Source: Schmidtea nova
Lineage: Eukaryota
DNA length: 64,000 bases
Assembly (NCBI GenBank): GCA_044892505.1
Contig: CM097882.1
Span: forward strand, 246,636,001-246,700,000
Direction: 5' to 3'
Part shown: positions 10,504-19,283 of the stretch, piece by piece
How positions within the stretch are numbered: the first letter of the stretch is position 1
Layout of the letters: each line of letters starts with the position of its first letter
The notes under the pieces: model-generated
Seen by the model: the letters and a program-made list of their open reading frames with translations, nothing else
Database searches by the model: none
Told to the model about the DNA's origin: nothing
Program-made: the position numbers and the translations under genes

Positions 10504-10905
10504 TTATTGCTTTAAATAATCTACAACAGCAGACAAGCACCCTTTATAGGCACACATACAATGGTCTTTATAGGGACATGAAATGTTTTCAGGAACATAT
10601 TCAACTTCTTTATAAGTATACTTGATTAATCTTAATTTCGGGAAATACTTCTTCAAAACATACATCTTTTCATTATCGGTAACATAGAAAATAGCTCCTT
10701 TATCTGTGATATCATCCATTATACATTTTGGGCAAAAATAATCTTGTCCTTCAAACGATTCTATACGATCAGGCCATAAAGATAAATCACTGTATATATA
10801 ATACTGGGGTGTGAAAATATTATTAACATTCATAATACATAATTCCTTAATTGTTGTTCCACCCATTTCATTATAACCATAAAAATCGATAAAATAACAA
10901 GACAT
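10504..10905 (-). CDS. Polinton accessory protein, possibly a degenerate DnaQ-like exonuclease fold with a C-terminal Cys/His cluster (133 aa)
   Basis: IDFYGY...IKELCI, YVTDNEK and CPYKDHCMCA resemble a recurrent Polinton-associated family; recalled, not searched. Confidence 0.6.
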   Translation of the reverse strand: MSCYFIDFYGYNEMGGTTIKELCIMNVNNIFTPQYYIYSDLSLWPDRIESFEGQDYFCPKCIMDDITDKGAIFYVTDNEKMYVLKKYFPKLRLIKYTYKEVEYVPENISCPYKDHCMCAYKGCLSAVVDYLKQ

Positions 10906-10937
10906 TTTTTCAAATAAAATATATTAAAATAAATTGT

Positions 10938-11316
10938 TTATAACATTGATTTTAACCATGCAAGGCAATGTTCACCACAAGTGATTGTTAAAGGATGCTG
11001 ATATCGAATTCTATTATACACAATAGGTTTACCAATAGTTTGTAGTTTTCGAACAAGTAAATTCGGATAATAATATCCAAAGGGATCAAATACATGTATT
11101 CGATCTGGTTTCACGTAAACTGCAATCCAATGTTCACCACCCAACGTAGATGTCTGAGTATTTACAATGATGGCTTGATTCATTTTCAAATAAGGTATTT
11201 TATCCAGAGGAAATACTCCAATAAATTGATTTCCCAATAGTTTTTTACCTTGTTTTAATACCTGAATAGAACTAATTAAAAATAAATAATTAATCAATTA
11301 AAAAATCTTACTCCAT
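10938..11316 (-). CDS. Adenain-like cysteine (maturation) protease, two exons (11316-11312, 11271-10938; 112 aa)
   Basis: FIGVFPLD, GEHW (His), FDPFG (Asp), YQHPLTITCGEHC (Gln/Cys); removing a 40-nt intron gives an ATG start, MDSIQVLK. Confidence 0.92.
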
Positions 11317-11392
11317 AATAATAATAAAAATAATAACTTTGATCATTTATACTGTTTAAGCTGTGCTCAAACGAATACTGTTTGATTTCTGC

Positions 11393-12613
11393 TCAAACCA
11401 ATATTGTTCTATTGGCAGTAATTTGTACTTCATTTTCAAAAACTCCATAAATAACTACATGAACCGGTTCATCAATAGGTTTTGCAAACTTTATATCCAG
11501 TCGTAAATTTCCGTTTTGAGGGATTTGGCTTTGATTCAAATCAAAATCGGGAGCCAGAACAAATGTAAAGAATGGATAACTAGATTTAAATTCATCTAGA
11601 CCAATACCACAATTCAAGTTTTTATCCAAATAACCTAGATTTCGGACAAGACTTTGCATATATGATGCACTAAAATTATCATTTTCAAAATCCTGGGTAT
11701 ATGTTTCACGATAATCGGTATTTTTCGACAATGTTAATGAAGTCACATTAAAATGTTTGAATGTAGATGTTGACTCGGTATAAGACCCATTATATTGATT
11801 TTCGGATTGAAAAGCCACAAGAATGAAATTAGGCATTCGTCTATCCCCAAATATCTGCTCCTTGTAAAATGACGATGCCCCTTTACCGATAGCAAACGAT
11901 ACGATTTCTTTGGATTTTAATGGATAAATTGCATGTTTTTTATTTAAACCAATTTGATGACCGGCCAATACTGAAGAATCACATCGAACTCTTCTTACCA
12001 TTAATTTTGCATCAACTATTTGGATAACTGGTTTTCCAGCTACCGATTTCAATGATAATGCAGAATCAGATCGCTTCAATCTAATATGTACATTAACTCC
12101 GGGAAGTAAGTATTTAGGTTGATCCATAAAATCCAGTTGTAATGACGAACACATGTTGAAAAGTTTAGATCCTTTAATCCATTTTTTCCGATCGTCAGCT
12201 GAACCATATCCCATTGGAGTAAGACATGTTTCTTTAGCATCATTCGTATAATTTAAAATAGTTTCGATTATTGCCTTGTGTGCATATGTATTGTTTCCAC
12301 CCTCGATTTTTATATTATTAAATCCGAGAATTACATCTTTGAAAAGTGTATGAAACAAATAATTATTGGGAACTACATCACTCGCATCGGCTAGAGCTTT
12401 TTTATCTTTATCTACAACTTTGATTGTAACGGACAATAATGTATCGTTCAAATCCAAATATTCGGTTTGAGAACCATTAATGTAAAATTCAACATCATTT
12501 CTACTATCTGTAATTGAATTCATTGGAAACACATCTTCAAACGCCCCATATTCAATAACTGCTTGAGGTGATGGTCGATCAAAAAGACATAATTCAGATT
12601 TACCGCAAATCAT
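11393..12613 (-). CDS. Major capsid protein (double jelly-roll, Polinton PY/hexon-like; 406 aa)
   Basis: N-terminal KSELCLFDRPSPQ...VEFYI...YLDL pattern of Polinton MCPs; position in the morphogenetic module. Confidence 0.9.
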   Translation of the reverse strand: MICGKSELCLFDRPSPQAVIEYGAFEDVFPMNSITDSRNDVEFYINGSQTEYLDLNDTLLSVTIKVVDKDKKALADASDVVPNNYLFHTLFKDVILGFNNIKIEGGNNTYAHKAIIETILNYTNDAKETCLTPMGYGSADDRKKWIKGSKLFNMCSSLQLDFMDQPKYLLPGVNVHIRLKRSDSALSLKSVAGKPVIQIVDAKLMVRRVRCDSSVLAGHQIGLNKKHAIYPLKSKEIVSFAIGKGASSFYKEQIFGDRRMPNFILVAFQSENQYNGSYTESTSTFKHFNVTSLTLSKNTDYRETYTQDFENDNFSASYMQSLVRNLGYLDKNLNCGIGLDEFKSSYPFFTFVLAPDFDLNQSQIPQNGNLRLDIKFAKPIDEPVHVVIYGVFENEVQITANRTILV

Positions 12614-12993
12614 TCTTCAAATATAGTTCCATGACCTTTCATTCGTTTGTTTATACGCTTTCGTTTACGTCTCGGTCCTACCGGTACAGATTCCGGTTCC
12701 TTATTTTTTGTAAACATACTTGTAATTGTAGGAAGCATTTGTGTTACAGCAGGTATAGCTTTATTAACTGCGGCCAAAGCATTGGTTTTCAATGACGGTA
12801 ATATTTTATTATCTTTCATGATAACGTCCTTGGCAGTATTCATTCCGAAATTACCTAGTCGTCTAAGAATTGGAAGTGCAAATCTCCCAATAGTTTTCAA
12901 CCAACCTGATCCATACTGTTTACCGACAAAATACGGTAATTCGCCACCAGTTTGGCTATCACTGTACATTGAAACTATATCGGGATTACTCAT
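12610..12993 (-). CDS. Conserved Polinton virion-associated protein (127 aa) with QxGG/QxGxG sites and an amphipathic helix
   Basis: SQTGG, KQYGSGWLKTIGRFALPILRRLG, basic RRKRKR tail; its stop overlaps the MCP ATG (ATGA). Confidence 0.75.
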   Translation of the reverse strand: MSNPDIVSMYSDSQTGGELPYFVGKQYGSGWLKTIGRFALPILRRLGNFGMNTAKDVIMKDNKILPSLKTNALAAVNKAIPAVTQMLPTITSMFTKNKEPESVPVGPRRKRKRINKRMKGHGTIFEE

Positions 12994-14029
12994 CGTTTTT
13001 TCGAAAATGTAGAGTTAAGTGAGTTTTTGAATCTTTTGGAAATTTTATAAATCTTCCACTGTCATCCCGGATATTTATTTCTATATTGTTTATACAAGAT
13101 GTTGAAACAGGTAAATACATTGGATTTTCAACTTGTATTTGAACAATTTCATCTGGCTCGTATTTTTCAATCCATACCGATTTTAGTAAAGGAACCAAGG
13201 AATCACCAACAATAATGGGTTCGATAATGTTTGTATACACGAATAATTGCTGATGAAGTTTAGATATTTTCGGTTGACGAACACCAGAAATGATATTTTT
13301 ATCGGTAAATGTATCCTTATCTAATCCCAATGTATTGACCAAGTATTTATCAAATCTGACTTTATTGATTTTTTCTTTGAGTTTGAATTTGAACAATTTA
13401 TTTAATTCGACAACTGTAAAAATATCCGAACAATTATCGCTAATATATTTCTGTAATTCATCTAGATGCGTTATATACAACTCCTCCTTGAAGGTGAATA
13501 CATGTCCTTCTTGACGATCATACGATATAGTAAAAGTAATTATTTCTTCATCGTTACTGGCCAAGTTTTGCATAACTTTGAATTCACATTCTTCTTCATT
13601 ACATTTTATTGTCAGTTTATTACTTCCCATTCGTTTTGCTACATCAAGATCGTTAAATGTAATTGTATACGGAACAACATTACACGTGAGAATTATTTTT
13701 CCACTTCGTTGCCACATTTCGATATCCGGATCAATTGTGTGAGTTGGAACATTCAGATGACCACTATTATTATATATCGAGAAAAATGCATTTGCAACAG
13801 TTGTTTTCGTAATATAGTAATATATTTTACAATAACTATAAAATGGAAAAGGTTGGTAAACAAATGTAAAATCCATTAGAGCAACTTCCCAATTTCCGTT
13901 TAAATAAATTGGATTAGGTAAATTCACCATGAATTTACTTGCGGTATTATCCGGATGGATATTCGGACAACTATTGCTCGGTAAAATAGTGTAAAAATTC
14001 ACTTTACTAGATTTTTTGACGAGATCCAT
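12986..14029 (-). CDS. Minor capsid protein (penton-like, single jelly-roll; 347 aa)
   Basis: FYTILPSNS...NTASKF...LNGNWEVAL at the N-terminus; FVYTNIIEPIIVGDSLVPLL...NPMYLPV...IRDDSG...LHFRK at the C-terminus. Confidence 0.9.
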   Translation of the reverse strand: MDLVKKSSKVNFYTILPSNSCPNIHPDNTASKFMVNLPNPIYLNGNWEVALMDFTFVYQPFPFYSYCKIYYYITKTTVANAFFSIYNNSGHLNVPTHTIDPDIEMWQRSGKIILTCNVVPYTITFNDLDVAKRMGSNKLTIKCNEEECEFKVMQNLASNDEEIITFTISYDRQEGHVFTFKEELYITHLDELQKYISDNCSDIFTVVELNKLFKFKLKEKINKVRFDKYLVNTLGLDKDTFTDKNIISGVRQPKISKLHQQLFVYTNIIEPIIVGDSLVPLLKSVWIEKYEPDEIVQIQVENPMYLPVSTSCINNIEINIRDDSGRFIKFPKDSKTHLTLHFRKNDE

Positions 14030-15043
14030 GACGGTTCTTTATATCCATGCCATTTAACATAGTATTGTTTATCCTTACCCACCATTTTAGTCTTCAAAAT
14101 CTTTTGAATTCTAAATATCGTAGGTTTAGGAATAACTTGTAATTCTTGTTCGTAGAATTTGCCGCTGATTATATTGTTATCAGAGTCACGAATAGTATAC
14201 ATGACAGGATTCTGCACTGTGTTGACTTTCGATATTTGATATACCTCATCACTCCAATTATTATCAAAATTTTTAACGAATGGCGATGTACTAATCTTGC
14301 TAATTCGAACATGATCATCAACTTTATATTTTGGTTTCTTTACTTTCACTTCACTCACAATATTTTCAGTATCAACTACTTCTGCCGGTTTCCTACCATT
14401 TATACCCCGATGAGCACTATGATTATAACTATGAATCAATTGAGGTAAGACATTAATCCAGGTTTTATTGCCTTTAAAAACAAAGTATTTTTTCAATCGA
14501 TCACGCAAAGTTCGATTAAATCTCTCGACATGAGCGGCTTTGAATTGTGAGAATACTGAATAATGATTTATTCCCTTGATAACTTCCTTGACTTTACTGT
14601 TGTAAAATTCCTTTCCTAAAAAATATTAAATTTATAAATTTAAATTAAAATTTACCCAAATCGGTTTGTAAATTAGTTGGCCGATCCTTTTTCATCATTG
14701 TCTTGATAGCGATTGCCATATCATTAGCAGATTTTGATTTTACTCCAATTGCTCGAGCAAATCTACTGTAAACATCAATACACGTTAAAATATACTTGTA
14801 CCCCTTGTTAATTTTGGAATACGGAATCATTTCCATCAAGTCCATTTGCCACAAATCATTGATTCTATATGTTTTATATGCTCGAGTTGGAAATCGTTTC
14901 AACATCGGCTTGTTTAGACTGTATGCAAGTTGCCCCGATAACCAACTTTGTGTCTGTTGTTTCGACTTCTGTGCTTTTTTCCTTAGCTTTTCGACTCCAC
15001 CGAAACCGGCGTCGTCTTTTGGGTTCGTCCAGATCTTCTCCAT
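13999..15043 (-). CDS. int: Retroviral-type DDE integrase with C-terminal chromodomain, two exons (15043-14656, 14615-13999; 334 aa)
   Basis: WQMDL (D), LQTDLG^KEF (D), HVERFNRTL (E), YYVKWHGY chromodomain; the two ORF-track fragments join in frame after removing a 40-nt GT-AG intron. Confidence 0.95.
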
Positions 15044-15098
15044 TACAACAAGAAGATTTAAAATTTAAATTTAAATTAGGTAGTGATTGACCCATTGT

Positions 15099-15608
15099 TT
15101 ATGACTTTCTTTTTCCCAATAAACCAGCACCTCCCAATAAAGATAATGCTAATGGTAACAATGCTGCGATAAAACCACCTTGTTGTTTATATATTACTTT
15201 GCGCATAAGTTTTTTATTTTTTGAGTTTACTAGCGACAACAATGGTTTTTTATGCCTGTTCAAAACACGGCGATTAGATGGAGTTAGATTCATTTTACCT
15301 CGCACGACTTTAATTAAAATAGTGAGTAAATCATCGATGACGTAACTAGGAAACGATTGAAGAATACCCATTCTTCTAACGGAAGGGGCTTTAAGTAATG
15401 CATTAAAAAACGGTAAACTCCGATGATGTGTTTGTTTAGCATTAGATTTCAAATTATTTTTGGGAATATTATCCATAAGTATTTTCTTGGATTTCTTTCT
15501 TGATTTCTTTATAGATTTCTTTGTAAATAGTTTCTTTGTTTTCTTTCCCGCTTTCTTTGTTCTAGCCTTTATCAATGGCTCAAACTTTACTCGAGATTTC
15601 ATTAACAT
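15099..15608 (-). CDS. Basic Polinton core-like protein (169 aa) ending QQGG-FIAALLP
   Basis: Lys-rich N-terminus; QxGGF plus hydrophobic C-terminus typical of Polinton core precursors. Confidence 0.75.
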   Translation of the reverse strand: MLMKSRVKFEPLIKARTKKAGKKTKKLFTKKSIKKSRKKSKKILMDNIPKNNLKSNAKQTHHRSLPFFNALLKAPSVRRMGILQSFPSYVIDDLLTILIKVVRGKMNLTPSNRRVLNRHKKPLLSLVNSKNKKLMRKVIYKQQGGFIAALLPLALSLLGGAGLLGKRKS

Positions 15609-15628
15609 GATTACGATTGAAAAATAAA

Positions 15629-16252
15629 TTAACTTTGTTTATAAACCATGGCTCCTTCAGGGTTAAAAATATCAGTTCTAACGCGTAAATCATCACTGCA
15701 TTGTTGAGTAAAATCCAGGAAAATATATCCATGAGGAGATTTTGTAGCATCTTGAAAGGCTTCAATTAAAAAGTTACGATTTGAAGGATAAGCTTGTCTT
15801 GCCAGAAAATCAATAACTGTTGCATCTCTAGGATTTTTAAAAACAACAAGATATTGAACATTTAAATTACGAGTTCGATGACTACCGCCCTGATGAAATA
15901 AATTCTGAGTTATAAAAATAACAGTAACACCTTTATGTCTACTGATTTTCGTAAATAAATTATTGAAATACTTTTCTTTATTTGCTTCTTGATACAAGTC
16001 GTCAATGATAATCACATCACCATGTTTTAATCTAGATGACCAGTTTTTATCGAAACCTTTAATGATTGTCATTTTTATTTTACAAAACTGATCTTGTGTC
16101 ATTCCACTTTCGTCGTCAGCACCCCTATGCCAATAAATATTATTAAATTTTGACTTGAATAATTTCGATTGCAATAATTTACAAACAAATAAAGTTTTTC
16201 CACTCCCGCTCGGACCAACAATTTGAAATACTGCATCATTTCTTAATTCCAT
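15629..16252 (-). CDS. A32/FtsK-like DNA packaging ATPase (207 aa)
   Basis: Walker A GPSGSGKT, Walker B IIIDD, SRH...IFITQNLF, FKNPRD. Confidence 0.95.
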   Translation of the reverse strand: MELRNDAVFQIVGPSGSGKTLFVCKLLQSKLFKSKFNNIYWHRGADDESGMTQDQFCKIKMTIIKGFDKNWSSRLKHGDVIIIDDLYQEANKEKYFNNLFTKISRHKGVTVIFITQNLFHQGGSHRTRNLNVQYLVVFKNPRDATVIDFLARQAYPSNRNFLIEAFQDATKSPHGYIFLDFTQQCSDDLRVRTDIFNPEGAMVYKQS

Positions 16253-16345
16253 ATTTAAAAATTATATTTAATTAATATTATTGTTTATATTTGTTTTAAA
16301 TACTGGTTCTCAAAGTAATTATTTCATTTAAAAATATTTTCAGTA

Positions 16346-16813
16346 ATGATTAGAAACATTAATTACAAGGGTAAGACAGATGTATCACACATGAAATTTC
16401 CAAATGGAAAACCCCAGCAAATTGTAGATCGAAGTGGGAAATACCCAAAAATATACTTTAAATCAGGAAGATATAGAATAATGGGATGCAGGGAATTTAT
16501 TAGTGAGGAACAAGTTGAGTTTTACGATTTAAAGATACAATCGATAACTGTAACTGCAGATTTAGGATTTATTTGTAATTTGAATGAATTATCGAAATTA
16601 ATACCGTGTGTTTACGAGCCAGAATTGTTTCCAGCTTTGAGATATACCAAATATAATCCCATGTGTGTAAATATATTTGCAAGTGGGAAATTAGTCATAT
16701 TAGGATTAAAAAACAAAGATTATAGTACTATAGTTGATGATATTATTAACGATATAAAATCAGTTATAGAAGATAAAGCCTTTGTTGATTTCATACTAAC
16801 ATGTGACTCATGA
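16346..16813 (+). CDS. Divergent TATA-binding-protein (TBP)-like protein (155 aa)
   Basis: YEPELFPALRY...VNIFASGKLVILG matches TBP repeat 2; IRNINY...IYFKSGRYRIMG matches a shortened repeat 1. Confidence 0.85.
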   Translation: MIRNINYKGKTDVSHMKFPNGKPQQIVDRSGKYPKIYFKSGRYRIMGCREFISEEQVEFYDLKIQSITVTADLGFICNLNELSKLIPCVYEPELFPALRYTKYNPMCVNIFASGKLVILGLKNKDYSTIVDDIINDIKSVIEDKAFVDFILTCDS

Positions 16814-16819
16814 CTGCAA

Positions 16820-16980
16820 TATCGATGCATTAGAAATGCACGATTCTGATTGGCTCTGTGTGTATTTCGAGAATAAAGACATGTTGTGCATGCTTCACTC
16901 TGATTGGTTCATTATGTATGTTTCAAATCATGTGTGTTTCTTTGATATATATACTATGAACAAACTGACATAGTTTATAT
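16820..16980 (+). promoter_or_regulatory. Putative promoter (two TCTGATTGG boxes and a TATA-like element)
   Basis: TCTGATTGG at 16845 and 16899; TATATATA near 16945. Confidence 0.5.
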
Positions 16981-16988
16981 CTACAATT

Positions 16989-17644
16989 ATGTCGCAAAAT
17001 TTAAACAATTTAAAAAATGGTAATAATAAAATTAATATATTTTCAAATTTAATATATTTTTTTTTTTTTTAGAAAGACGCATGTCCGTCATCTACACCAA
17101 ACTGGCTGAGATGTTCCCCAATCTGATGCAGACGCTGACCTATACAGCACCGGAGATGTTCCCGTTCAAAATTCGTGTTTTGACGGGACTAGATGTCAAT
17201 GCCATTTTGAAGGATCACATGGAAAATCTCAACAACGATTTGCCTTTTATGGCAGATCATATTTTATGCGCCTATCAATGCGGGCACTGTATGGATAGGA
17301 TCCAAAAATTCCAAGTGTGGGTTCTCAGAAATACCCTGAACCAATTTGAAACAGAAGAATTGAAGGAAATCATCGAGGAGGAGGAGGAGGAGGAGGAGAA
17401 CCAAATCAAGGAAACATGGCCCAACTCAACTCCGGAGCCAACAGATGATGAAACAACAACAGATTTGGAAGCACCAACTCTAGATGGCCCGTTTCCAACT
17501 AAATCATCTCAATCACCAGATTGTCAGGAATCACCTCAATCACCTGATTGTATGCAATGCCATCGAAAGGCTGAAGATTGTGATGGTGATAATAATAGTG
17601 ATGATGGTTGCCAATCTCTTGGTGGCGAACCATCTGACATGTGA
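16989..17644 (+). CDS. Acidic Cys-containing accessory protein, probably two exons (16989-17019, 17073-17644)
   Basis: 187-aa ORF; an upstream ATG exon joins in frame across a 53-nt GT-AG intron (MSQNLNNLKN-E-RRMSVIY). Confidence 0.7.
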
Positions 17645-17645
17645 A

Positions 17646-17687
<42 letters not shown>
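17646..17687 (+). repeat. (TTG)n microsatellite
   Basis: Direct inspection. Confidence 0.9.
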
Positions 17688-18069
17688 AATTTGTTGTGTC
17701 ATTTTTGTTATATTATTTGAATAAAAGTTTTATTATTCATTTTAGTTTGTCTTTTTATTTACATTTTAGTTAAATAAAAGTTTTTTATTCATTTTATTTA
17801 AATAGTAATAGTTTTTTATTAAAACATTTTAAGTAGTAATAGTTTTTTATTAAAACATTTTAAGTAGTATTTTTTTTTTTTTTTTTTTTTTTTTAACTGT
17901 ATATAAAAGTTAAATAATTTTTTATTTTTTTTTTTTTATTAAATACTTTTCAGAAAGAAAGTAGTAGTATTATAAAATAAATAAGAACATTAGTAACCAG
18001 ACATTAGAAGCAGAACCTATTCTGTGATGGTTTTGATATGCAAAAGCTCATTATTGAACATATACAAAT

Positions 18070-18217
18070 TAATTAAACATGCACGCATACAACAAAGACA
18101 TTGCAATACATGTGCATAGTGTGTGCAAGATAAATGCATGAATATGATTGGACAAAGACATCCAGTCATTAGTATAAATACAAAGACATTTTATAAAATA
18201 TTGTCACAATTTATAAA
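18070..18217 (+). promoter_or_regulatory. Putative promoter (ACAAAGACA x3, TGATTGG, TATAAA)
   Basis: TGATTGG 18145-18151 and TATAAA 18173-18178 upstream of ATG 18218. Confidence 0.5.
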
Positions 18218-18634
18218 ATGAATTCAAGAAAAGAAAATTTAGATATAAGCGAAGAAAAAATATATCAGACTGAGGTAAAACCAGTCCAGATGTACTACGA
18301 CAGCAGACTTTATTTTTTGGTTAATGAAATACCGTATCGATTATCATTTCCGGTAAAGTTGACAAAATCTTTATATGACAGTCTTGCTATAATTATTTCC
18401 AAAGCAGATATTATCGCATTAAATCGATTGTTTTCAAAGATCAATGTTAATTTGACATGTAAAGAAACCATGTACATCAATAACAGAAAAACTCGGTTCC
18501 ATGATGCTTTTCAGACTATTGATTTCATGGATCAAGAACACTGGTTCGTTACAGTTATTATTCAAGGGTACAAGATTGATAAAAAAGATGTTGCTACTCC
18601 GATTTGGAGAGTTGACAATGCAAGATACGCATAA
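18218..18634 (+). CDS. Accessory protein (138 aa), possibly OB-fold/SSB-like; contains LTCKE
   Basis: Clean ORF with a promoter-like upstream region; fold call is inference. Confidence 0.7.
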   Translation: MNSRKENLDISEEKIYQTEVKPVQMYYDSRLYFLVNEIPYRLSFPVKLTKSLYDSLAIIISKADIIALNRLFSKINVNLTCKETMYINNRKTRFHDAFQTIDFMDQEHWFVTVIIQGYKIDKKDVATPIWRVDNARYA

Positions 18635-18701
18635 TTGTTTTTTAATAAATATTTTTTAGTATGAACAATTTTAGTTTTGATATTAGTTTTTTGTTTTTAA
18701 A

Positions 18702-19283
18702 ATGAAATTAAATATAGTTATTTTGTTATTATGTGTTCACAATACTGAAGGAGAACAAGCTTTGGAAGATTGTCAATCATCTCATCCGTTTCGAAAACAA
18801 GATAGTACTTGTGCGAGTTATAATGATATATGTCTTTACTCAAACATTGAATGCAGTCAAATAAAATTACAATGTAATCAATGTCCTTCCAAAAATAATG
18901 TGATTAATAATGACATTGAAAAAATGATTGCCAAAATAATGATGAAAATAGTTGAACGATTAAAATGTATCAATCAAACTTTTGTTAAAAAAGAATATGA
19001 AGTCAGATACCAAAATCAATCAGTTGAAAATGAAAAAACAGCCATTGTATTACATTATATAAGTTTATTTATATTAATAATTATAATGATGTTATCGGCA
19101 TCCATACGGCTGGAGAAGATTTCAAATATTCCAAAGAATAATATTCCGACAAATACTAGTATTCCGATGAATAATATTACAATGAATAATATTCCTATGA
19201 ATAATATTCCGAGTAATAATCCAGATGTAAATAATTTTGAAACTAAATTTTGTACACGTACACAACGATATATTTATAAATAA
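18702..19283 (+). CDS. Predicted type I membrane protein (193 aa): signal peptide, 6-Cys ectodomain, TM helix, NNIP-repeat tail
   Basis: MKLNIVILLLCVHNTEG; six clustered Cys; hydrophobic IVLHYISLFILIIIMMLSASI. Confidence 0.75.
   Translation: MKLNIVILLLCVHNTEGEQALEDCQSSHPFRKQDSTCASYNDICLYSNIECSQIKLQCNQCPSKNNVINNDIEKMIAKIMMKIVERLKCINQTFVKKEYEVRYQNQSVENEKTAIVLHYISLFILIIIMMLSASIRLEKISNIPKNNIPTNTSIPMNNITMNNIPMNNIPSNNPDVNNFETKFCTRTQRYIYK

Noticed and set aside
11317-11395. Possible TGA read-through fusing MCP to the protease via an alternative acceptor
   Set aside because: The frame is open, but ATG 11316 with the 40-nt intron gives a typical protease N-terminus and needs no recoding
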